From a bacterium (GTDB taxonomy: Bacteria; UBA8248), in assembly GCA_965221165.1 (NCBI GenBank), contig CBDCRP010000003.1, positions 707,735 through 771,734 on the forward strand: DNA of 64,000 bases. The letters are read 5' to 3'. Both the position numbers and the translations under genes were made by a program. A model generated the notes under the pieces. It did not search any database, was not told the origin of the DNA, and was given only the letters and a program-made list of their open reading frames with translations. Within the stretch, counting starts at the first letter, position 1. Every line of letters begins with the position of its first letter. Of this stretch, positions 10,021 to 17,208 are shown in pieces.

Positions 10021-10199
10021 CACATGCCCTCACTGAAAATAAGAATGCCCTATGAGCGAAAACAACGAAGTGAAGCGTCCCCTCTCCCCGATGATGTACA
10101 CCCCGGGTTCATCGAGGGCAAGTTGTTGCTCCACCCCGACCCCTCATACACCGGATACGAGGTATGGTATCATCCGGAAAAATGGAGGAGACCGCTGGA

Positions 10200-10616
10200 A
10201 TGAACCCTGAGAACGAAACGATCGCCTGCATTCTGTCTGCCGCCGAGACCATCGCCGTGGTGGGTCTTTCGGACGATCCCTCGCGCGCGAGCCACCGAAT
10301 CGCCGCCTATCTCAAGGAAGCGGGCTACCGGGTCATTCCGGTAAACCCCAGAATCGAATCCGCCTTGGGAGAAAAAGCCTATCCGCGTCTGGGAGACGTC
10401 CAAGAGCACATAGACATCGTCAACGCCTTCAGGCGCTCCGAGCAAATCCCCTCCCTGGTGGATGAGGCTATCCAAAACCGCCCGCGCGCGTTCTGGATGC
10501 AAAGGGGCATCGCCCATCCCGCCTCCGCGCGCCGCCTGGAGGATGCGGGCATCACGGCGATTCAAGACCTCTGCATCAAGACCGTCCACCGGGAACTCGC
10601 GCAAACCCCTCGATGA
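10200..10616 (+). CDS. CoA-binding domain protein (YccU-like)
   Basis: The sequence IAVVGLSDDPSRASHRIAAYLKEAGYRVIPVNP is the typical CoA-binding fold signature. The ATG at 10200 has GGAGGAG 9 nt upstream. Confidence 0.8.
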   Translation: MNPENETIACILSAAETIAVVGLSDDPSRASHRIAAYLKEAGYRVIPVNPRIESALGEKAYPRLGDVQEHIDIVNAFRRSEQIPSLVDEAIQNRPRAFWMQRGIAHPASARRLEDAGITAIQDLCIKTVHRELAQTPR

Positions 10617-10686
10617 GAACGGGCCGCTGGCATTCTCCCAAAAACTCCATCGCTACCTGCTCCTCGGCGCAGGTGTGCTGATAGTT

Positions 10687-11460
10687 ATGGGGATCTTTGG
10701 CCTTTTGGAGAATTTCCTGCTCTATCATCCCTACCGGGAAATCGAGCAAACGCCCAAAACCTACGGCGTCGCTTACGAGAACGTCTCCTTCAGCGCCGCA
10801 GACGGCGTGCGCCTGCACGGCTGGTACGTCGCGCCGAAGACCCCGGACGGCCCGGTTCTCCTGTGGGCGCACGGCAACGCCGGCAACCTCTCCCACCGCG
10901 CGGAGAACATCGCGCTCATTCAAGTGCAGTTGGGGGCCGGCGTCTTCATCTTCGACTACCGGGGGTACGGGAAAAGCGAGGGCAGGCCGAGCGAGGAGGG
11001 TCTCTACGCAGACGGCAGGGCCGCTTACGCCTGGCTCGTGAAACGCATACCTCACGAGCGCGTTTTTCTGTTCGGGCGCTCCCTGGGCGCGGCCGTGATG
11101 GTCAAGCTCGCCGTGGAGGGAAAAAAAGCGCGCGGCCTCATACTGGAGAGCCCCTTCGAGAGCACCCTCGCCATGGGGAAGAAGATGTTTCCCTTCCTGC
11201 CGGTGGGCTGGTTCATCTCCGCAAAATTCGACAGCGCGGCCATGCTCCCGGAAGTGGAGATGCCCTTGCTCGTTCTGCACGGCGATGTGGACGGCATAGT
11301 GCCCCACGCGCAGGGAAGGCGGCTCTACGAGGCGGCGCGCACGCCTTATAAACGCTTTTTCACCATCAAGGGCGCGGGCCACAACGACACGTATTTCACG
11401 GGGGGCGCCGCCTACTGGGCGGCATGGCGGGATTTTCTGAAAGATCCTGAATCAAGATGA
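10687..11460 (+). CDS. alpha/beta hydrolase (BEM46/S33-like, membrane-anchored)
   Basis: Motifs HGNAGN, the nucleophile elbow GRSLGA, and C-terminal GAGHND. The start is uncertain. The first ATG after the upstream gene is 10687, but the hydrophobic anchor (YLLLGAGVLIVMGIF) begins earlier, so a GTG (10675) or CTG (10627) start is possible. Confidence 0.8.
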   Translation: MGIFGLLENFLLYHPYREIEQTPKTYGVAYENVSFSAADGVRLHGWYVAPKTPDGPVLLWAHGNAGNLSHRAENIALIQVQLGAGVFIFDYRGYGKSEGRPSEEGLYADGRAAYAWLVKRIPHERVFLFGRSLGAAVMVKLAVEGKKARGLILESPFESTLAMGKKMFPFLPVGWFISAKFDSAAMLPEVEMPLLVLHGDVDGIVPHAQGRRLYEAARTPYKRFFTIKGAGHNDTYFTGGAAYWAAWRDFLKDPESR

Positions 11461-12258
11461 ACCGGAAGTCGGCTCCCTTCTCCTGCCCCGGCGTCTCGCG
11501 CGAAACTCCCGCAGCAGCCTCTCATGGTGTACGCTCGTGAAGAAACTCTCGACGAATGCGTTCACCGGGCGGTTGATGAGGTTCTCCGGCGTATCGACCT
11601 GAACAATTACGCCATCGCGCATCACGGCGATCCTGTCTGCGATTTGAAACGCATCCGTCAAATCATGCGTCACCAGCAGGCTGATCGCCCCGATCTCATC
11701 ATGCACCCTTCTCAACTCTTTGCGGACCTCGAGCCTGGCGACCGGATCGATATTCGCCAAAGGCTCATCGAGAAGAAAAACGCGAGGCGGTATCGCGATG
11801 GCGCGGCCAATCGCGACTTTCTGCTGCTGGCCCGCGCTCAGGCTGTCCGGGCGGCGGCGGGACCATTTTTTACTGATCCCCAGACGCCGCATCACATCCT
11901 GCGCTCGCTCGTTCAGGATGCCCGGCAGCCATCGGCGGATTTTGAGCGCGAAACTCAGGTTCGAGTATTTTTTTTCATCGAAAACCTTCATGTGCGGCCA
12001 CAGCGCGTAGCTCTGGAACACGAGTTGCACCCCGCGCCGGCCGGGCGGGATGCCGTTCAGTCGCACGCCGTCCAAGTAGATATGGCCCGCATCCTCATCC
12101 TCCACGCCGGCTATCAAGCGCAACAGGGTCGATTTCCCGCAACCCGTGGGCCCGACGAGCACCATGAATTCCCCCTCTTCGAGCGCAAGGGAAAGATTAT
12201 CGACCGCGCACACGTCGTCAAAATCTTTTTTGAGTCCCGTAATCGTCAGACGGCTCAT
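11452..12258 (-). CDS. ABC transporter ATP-binding protein (MalK/PotA-like), orphan
   Basis: Walker A GPTGCGKS, signature LSAGQQQ, Walker B VFLLDEP, H-loop VTHD. I place the start at ATG 12258 (MSRLTITGL). No permease or binding-protein gene is nearby. Confidence 0.85.
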   Translation of the reverse strand: MSRLTITGLKKDFDDVCAVDNLSLALEEGEFMVLVGPTGCGKSTLLRLIAGVEDEDAGHIYLDGVRLNGIPPGRRGVQLVFQSYALWPHMKVFDEKKYSNLSFALKIRRWLPGILNERAQDVMRRLGISKKWSRRRPDSLSAGQQQKVAIGRAIAIPPRVFLLDEPLANIDPVARLEVRKELRRVHDEIGAISLLVTHDLTDAFQIADRIAVMRDGVIVQVDTPENLINRPVNAFVESFFTSVHHERLLREFRARRRGRRREPTSGSS

Positions 12259-12275
12259 GCTTCTCTCCGGCCCGT

Positions 12276-12632
12276 TCATTCCCCAGGCGCTAGTTCGTTC
12301 AGCGCCTCCATACCCGGCGTGAATATCTCCTCCAGAACGAGCGGCCCATCGCCCGCGTTGCTTGTGGCGTGCTCCTGGTTGGGCGGAAAAACCACGACGC
12401 CGCCCGGCCCGAGCACCACCTCCCGTCCGGCGCACCCGAACCTCGCGCGTCCTTCGAGAACAATCGTCATCTGCTCGTTGGGATGCGAATGGGGGTTGTA
12501 TATGTCCACACCGGCGCGAATCGTCTGGCGAAGCACGGTAAGCTTCTCACCCGCCACCACGCGCTGAATCCTCTCTCCGGTATCGTGCGCTTCCATCTCC
12601 TCGAAATGGTAGTATTTCACTCTCTTCTCCAT
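12276..12632 (-). CDS. cupin domain-containing protein
   Basis: 118 aa with the cupin motifs HSHPNEQMTIVLEG and ...VVVFPPNQEH. Confidence 0.8.
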   Translation of the reverse strand: MEKRVKYYHFEEMEAHDTGERIQRVVAGEKLTVLRQTIRAGVDIYNPHSHPNEQMTIVLEGRARFGCAGREVVLGPGGVVVFPPNQEHATSNAGDGPLVLEEIFTPGMEALNELAPGE

Positions 12633-12754
12633 CTGAATGGATGAAACTTTACAGAAAAATTAAGTTCGGGCCGGAGAACCAACCGATTCATCGTATAGAA
12701 GTATTTGCATCCGCTCAATCGTTCTCCTAAAGTGTTTGCAGGCCGCTTAACCGT

Positions 12755-13288
12755 ATGGAGACCGTCATGAAGCGAACCCCTATTTACATCGCCGCCATCG
12801 TCTTTCTCGCCGTGTTCTGGACGTTTTATCAGGCAGGCGCATCGGGGCTCGGACCCGGCGCGCGCGCGCCCGAGCTCAAAGGCGGGCCCTGGCTGGGCGG
12901 CGAACCACTGAAACTCTCGGAATTACGCGGCAAGGTCGTGTTGCTCGACATGTGGACGTTCGCCTGAATCAATTGCGTGCGGGAGATCCCCACGCTGCGC
13001 TCGTGGCACGAGCGATATGAGGACAAGGGGCTGGTCGTCATCGGAAACCACGCGCCCGAGTTCAACTTTGACAAGAAAAAAGCGAACGTGGAAGAAGCCA
13101 TGGCCAAGCTCGGCATCAAATACCGCGTCGTGATGGATAATGAATTCACCAACTGGGACGCCTTTCAAAATCGCTTCTGGCCGACAAAATACCTGATCGA
13201 CAAAAAAGGCGTCGTGCGCTTCAAGACGATTGGAGAGGGCAACCACGCGCGCACCGAGGCGATGATCATGAAACTGCTCGCCGAATGA
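12755..13288 (+). CDS. membrane-anchored TlpA/DipZ-C-terminal-type redoxin with in-frame TGA (12965..12967) at the first Cys of the CxxC motif: candidate selenoprotein (U-I-N-C)
   Basis: Track ORFs 12755..12967 and 12977..13288 are in the same frame. The read-through product is ...LRGKVVLLDMWTFA-U-INCVREIPTLRSWHERYEDKGLVVIGNHAPEFNFD...WPTKYLIDKKGVVRF..GEG, a complete redoxin domain. The second half has no ATG or RBS of its own. Confidence 0.7.
12975..12995 (+). promoter_or_regulatory. SECIS-like hairpin downstream of the UGA in the redoxin gene
   Basis: GCGUG-C-GGG [AGAU] CCC-CACGC: 8 bp with one bulged C. It starts 8 nt after the UGA, and the apical loop lies about 18-21 nt from it. Folded by eye only. 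Confidence 0.45.
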
Positions 13289-14274
13289 TGGAAACCGAAG
13301 AAACGGCGCAACCGGCGAGCACCCCCGCCTATCCCTACTCGTCTCTCTTAAGGATCACCCACTGGCTGAACGTCCCCCTCCTGCTCCTCATGATGGCGAG
13401 CGGGTTTCAGATATGGTGGGCATACCCCGCGTTCGGGCCGGACAGGCCCAACCCGGAGGCCATCTTCGAATCACTGCGGGGCACGGAGGTACAGGCCGAC
13501 CCGCGCGCCATCAACCTGGGCGCCGACTACAGGGTTTTCGTCCAAGGCCTCACGAAAACCTTCGGCATCGGGGAATGGCTCGCGGGCGCGCTGCGCTGGC
13601 ACTTCGCTCTCATGTGGCCCTACACCATCAACGGGCTGATTTTCCTTCTTCTCCTGCTCTTGACGGAGGAAGGGAGGCACTACCGAATAAGGCAGGGAGA
13701 TTTCTCCGGCGCGAAGGAGATGCTCTTACACCCCATCAAAACCTTTCACCATCCTCCCGGAGAGGGAAAATTCAACCCGATACAAAAACTCGCGTACAAC
13801 ACCGTCATACTGGCCGGGGTGATGTCCGTCCTCACGGGTCTCGCCATCCTCAAACCCGTCCAGTTCAAGTGGCTGACCCGGCTTTTCGGGGGCTATCAGC
13901 CGAGCAGATTCCTGCATTTTCTCGTCATGTTGTTTCTCGTCATTTTCATGATCGGCCATTTTCTCATGGTGATATCCCACGGATGGCGGCGAGGGCTTGC
14001 ACCCATGATCGTCGGAATCAAGGCGGAGCGCGACGCTTTTCAGGCCAGACAAAGGCAATTCGCCAAAAATCTCGGCCGCGTAGCCGCCGAGGGAGCGATT
14101 CTGCTGGTTTCCTTTTGGCTCGGAACCCTCATCGCGGATATGATGAACGCAGCCTTGGGCGGCGAGGCATCGGGCGCGTGGTTCGGCGCGCTCGGCTACC
14201 TCTTCGTGCGGGCGGGCCTCATGCGAGGGGGGCGCATCGAAGGCTTTCGCTGGAAGCGAAGCCTCGGGAGTTGA
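13285..14274 (+). CDS. b-type cytochrome membrane protein (Ni/Fe-hydrogenase / thiosulfate-reductase cytochrome b-like)
   Basis: 329 aa with several TM helices. The N-terminal motif LRITHWLN and His residues in the helices match this family. The ATG overlaps the redoxin stop (ATGA at 13285..13288). Confidence 0.75.
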   Translation: MMETEETAQPASTPAYPYSSLLRITHWLNVPLLLLMMASGFQIWWAYPAFGPDRPNPEAIFESLRGTEVQADPRAINLGADYRVFVQGLTKTFGIGEWLAGALRWHFALMWPYTINGLIFLLLLLLTEEGRHYRIRQGDFSGAKEMLLHPIKTFHHPPGEGKFNPIQKLAYNTVILAGVMSVLTGLAILKPVQFKWLTRLFGGYQPSRFLHFLVMLFLVIFMIGHFLMVISHGWRRGLAPMIVGIKAERDAFQARQRQFAKNLGRVAAEGAILLVSFWLGTLIADMMNAALGGEASGAWFGALGYLFVRAGLMRGGRIEGFRWKRSLGS

Positions 14275-14278
14275 GCGA

Positions 14279-14569
14279 ATGAGCACGGAAGAACAAATGG
14301 AATTCATACTGCCGACCAAACTGGCGAAGCGTAGGCTTTTCGTGGGCAGGCTGGTTTTGAGCGTCGTTTGCATCAACGCGCTTCTCTCTCTCCTCGCCGC
14401 ATATCTGCTGAGCGGGCCGATGACCTGGCTAACGCGGTTTGAGTTCGGGTTCCTGGCCTGGGCCTCCATCTTATTCCCGACTTCTCTCGTTCTGGCGGTC
14501 CCGATAATGGCGCCCATCATCATTAAAATACTGAAATCCCCGCCTGCGTCCTCTGAAGAGAGAAGATGA
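14279..14569 (+). CDS. small hydrophobic membrane protein, unknown function
   Basis: 96 aa with 2-3 predicted TM segments. It is wedged between the cytochrome gene (4-nt gap) and the Mo-enzyme gene (4-nt overlap). Confidence 0.5.
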   Translation: MSTEEQMEFILPTKLAKRRLFVGRLVLSVVCINALLSLLAAYLLSGPMTWLTRFEFGFLAWASILFPTSLVLAVPIMAPIIIKILKSPPASSEERR

Positions 14570-15378
14570 AAAAAGGCGAAAAGCGAAACCCAGGCGTTGG
14601 CGTGGACAAGTCTTCATCGTCCCGGCGCGGATTCATGAAAATGCTCCTTGGCCTCGCCTCCGTATTCATGGCCGGGTGTTCCCGCCTGAACGAAGAGCCC
14701 AAGGTGCAGGCCGTCCTCAGTTGGTTCGATCGCCTGAACCACAAGGTGGGCCTCATGACGGACAGCAACCACCGACTGGCGCGCACCTACCCCAGAAGCG
14801 CCGTTCAGCCCGAACAAATGCGGCCCAACGGCTCGGTGGTCTCGCCGAACTCCCAGCTCATCCAGACGCCCCCCGAGAAGTGGCGCCTCGTCGTGGGGGA
14901 AGCCCATCTGCAAAAGGGCCGGATGATGAAAAGACACTGGGCCAGGGAATACACGCTTGCGCAGCTTCGCGAGATGCCCGTTCTCGAGCAGACGGTGGAG
15001 CACGTTTGCGTCGAGGGCTGGAGCGCCATCTGCCACTGGCAGGGAGTGCACCTCGCGCGCTTCATCGAGATGCACAAGCTCAGGCCCGAGAGCCGCTACG
15101 TGTTCTTCCTGTGCGACGACATGCTCGCCACCGCGAACGGGCACGAGCGCTACAGCGTGACGTTCGACTTAAAGCAGGCGATGCACCCGCAGAACGTGCT
15201 GGCGTATGAATACAACGGCGAGACGCTGCCCGTGAACCACGGCGCTCCCATCCGCCTCGCCTCGCCCGCGAACGTGGGCTGGAAGAGCGCGAAATTCCTG
15301 CGCTACGTCTTTTTCACGAACGAGGACCTGGGCGGATTATGGGAGAAGCAGGGGTATCCGCGCTATTATGGATTCTGA
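14566..15378 (+). CDS. molybdopterin-dependent oxidoreductase of the sulfite-oxidase/YedY(MsrP) fold, with Tat signal and lipobox
   Basis: Twin-arginine motif SSRRGFMKM followed by MAGC. Mo-domain motifs VCVEGWSAICHWQGV and NHGAPIRLASP. Confidence 0.85.
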   Translation: MKKGEKRNPGVGVDKSSSSRRGFMKMLLGLASVFMAGCSRLNEEPKVQAVLSWFDRLNHKVGLMTDSNHRLARTYPRSAVQPEQMRPNGSVVSPNSQLIQTPPEKWRLVVGEAHLQKGRMMKRHWAREYTLAQLREMPVLEQTVEHVCVEGWSAICHWQGVHLARFIEMHKLRPESRYVFFLCDDMLATANGHERYSVTFDLKQAMHPQNVLAYEYNGETLPVNHGAPIRLASPANVGWKSAKFLRYVFFTNEDLGGLWEKQGYPRYYGF

Positions 15379-15487
15379 TGCCCCCGAAAGTCTTGACAAG
15401 CCCCCGCCCGCCTACATATAAACCCCTTACGCTTGGGAGCCGGCGCCGATTCCGGTAGAATGCCGACTCAAGCGGAACGCCTCTCGA

Positions 15488-15562
15488 TCCGGCGTAGCTC
15501 AACGGCAGAGCAATCGGCTGTTAACCGATGGGTTGTAGGTTCGAATCCTACCGCCGGAGCCA
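15488..15562 (+). tRNA. tRNA-Asn (anticodon GTT at 15520..15522), CCA encoded
   Basis: Cloverleaf drawn by hand: acceptor TCCGGCG/CGCCGGA, D arm GCTC..GAGC, anticodon arm ATCGG-CTGTTAA-CCGAT, T arm GTAGG-TTCGAAT-CCTAC, discriminator G, then CCA. Confidence 0.9.
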
Positions 15563-15691
15563 GGAAATACTATAAGTATTTGATTTTATTATCCTTAATA
15601 AATAGAAAGAAATGTCCGACCCACCATTCGGCCCACGAAGAATTACTGAATAATGGGCATCCGGCACCAGTGAAAAGACGGAGAAGTGCAA

Positions 15692-16324
15692 ATGAGTGTG
15701 TTTCAGGCCAATTGTCCGTACTGCGGGACAAAAGCCGTTGCATTTAAGATCGTTACAAGCCGACGAGTGCAATCGAGGACAAATAATCGGTGGGACTCTC
15801 TCGCGACTTGTGGATTCTGCACCCGCGGGATACTCGCGACCTTCGAGACGCTACAAACCAATACCATTCCAGAAAAACTACTGGATTCAAACAGGGATAA
15901 CGAAGTGGAGCTAAAGACGATTTCTCCATCGCCGCCAAGTACGGGAGCCCCAGCAGACACGCCTCCCAGGGCTGCGAACTACTACAGGCAAGGAATGGAA
16001 AACCTACGAAACAACTACGACGCCCCCGGCAGCATGTTTAGGTCAGCACTAGAGGCCGGCCTAAAAGAGAAATTTCCGGACATCGACGGCTCGTTGTACG
16101 AACGGATCGAGAAAGCGGCGAACCAACAAGGTTTGACTCCTGACTTGGCTGATTGGGCACATCGGATTCGGCTCGATGGCAACGACGCGGTACATGGCGA
16201 CGAGGAATTCTTGAAGGAGGATGCGGAGCGTCTTCACGCCTTCACCGAACTGGTCTTTCTATATCTGTTCACCTTGCCCGGGATGTTGGAGAAGGCCCGG
16301 GACGAACAGACGGATGGCGGCTGA
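15692..16324 (+). CDS. Zn-ribbon + DUF4145 domain protein
   Basis: The ATG at 15692 has GGAG 8 nt upstream. The N-terminus has CPYCG...CGFC (a four-Cys ribbon). The C-terminal segment ...FRSALEAGLKEKF...LYERIEKAANQQGLTPDLADWAHRIRLDGNDAVHG is the DUF4145 pattern. GC is low, about 40-50% in sampled lines. Confidence 0.75.
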   Translation: MSVFQANCPYCGTKAVAFKIVTSRRVQSRTNNRWDSLATCGFCTRGILATFETLQTNTIPEKLLDSNRDNEVELKTISPSPPSTGAPADTPPRAANYYRQGMENLRNNYDAPGSMFRSALEAGLKEKFPDIDGSLYERIEKAANQQGLTPDLADWAHRIRLDGNDAVHGDEEFLKEDAERLHAFTELVFLYLFTLPGMLEKARDEQTDGG

Positions 16325-16350
16325 TCTGACGCAGCGCCTTGCGATTCCCC

Positions 16351-17208
16351 TCAAACGCCGTTTTTCGCTTTTTCGAGGGTGGCGACGTTCATCGGGTGCG
16401 CATTGCGGCGGCGTTTGTCGAAGCGGACGCCCAAACGCGCGGCCTCGGCGAGACTCAAGCCCGCTTCTCGCAATTCGTCTCGGCTGAACCCCTTGCCGGG
16501 CCTCCATTCTCCGCGCGCATCTCTCACGAGAGCGGAAAATCCATTTTGCGTGGCAAGCATTTCCGATGGTTCATTCGGCTGCTCCCGAGGCGGGTCGGCG
16601 GCAACCTCGATGAGCGTCGAGAGCCCATCTTCCCCGGACGGTTCGGGCTCATCCGGCAATTCATCCGAGACCGCTGCCGCCAAGGGTTCCTCATGCGCAG
16701 GGGCGAGGTCGCCGGTAATTTCCGGTTCGCTTTCCTGAGGGATATCCGGCCCGGGTGCAGACGCCTTCACAACGCTTTCAGCCACAGCCGGGACGGCATC
16801 CTCATGCTCTTGCGGCGGCTCAGCCTCATCAGGCAAATCACTTGATTCCGGCGCAGACAAAACCTCGAAGTCGGCCCCATATCCTCGAGGTGGCTCGGGA
16901 TCGTGAGAAGGCTCAAGTTCATTCGGCGACTCGTCTGCTCCCGACGCCGCCAGCAATTCAAAATCGGGGCCATAGTCTTTTTCCTGCATATCCATCCCGC
17001 TCCTCGAATCGGAGCGCGTTTGTTCACCGGAAGCCAATAAATCGAAGTCAGCGCCATATCCGCTTTCCTCCGCCCCAAGTGCGGAATCCGGGGATTTTCG
17101 CTTGACGGCAAAAGGCGGCGGGATTTCATACCCCTCTTCCCCCGGCCCGGGGGGTGCGGAGCGCTTGGAGCCGGCGATGCGGTTTAAGAGTTTCTTTCTG
17201 ATTTGCAT
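16351..17208 (-). CDS. acidic repeat protein with C-terminal ribosomal-protein-L13e-like domain
   Basis: The C-terminus GKGFSRDELREAGLSLAEAARLGVRFDKRRRNAHPMNVATL parallels eukaryotic/archaeal L13e (GRGFSLEEL..AG....A..IGI.VD.RRRN....NV..L, from memory). The N-terminal two-thirds is acidic and carries three G/DYG(A/P)DF(D/E)(L/V)L repeats. Confidence 0.6.
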   Translation of the reverse strand: MQIRKKLLNRIAGSKRSAPPGPGEEGYEIPPPFAVKRKSPDSALGAEESGYGADFDLLASGEQTRSDSRSGMDMQEKDYGPDFELLAASGADESPNELEPSHDPEPPRGYGADFEVLSAPESSDLPDEAEPPQEHEDAVPAVAESVVKASAPGPDIPQESEPEITGDLAPAHEEPLAAAVSDELPDEPEPSGEDGLSTLIEVAADPPREQPNEPSEMLATQNGFSALVRDARGEWRPGKGFSRDELREAGLSLAEAARLGVRFDKRRRNAHPMNVATLEKAKNGV

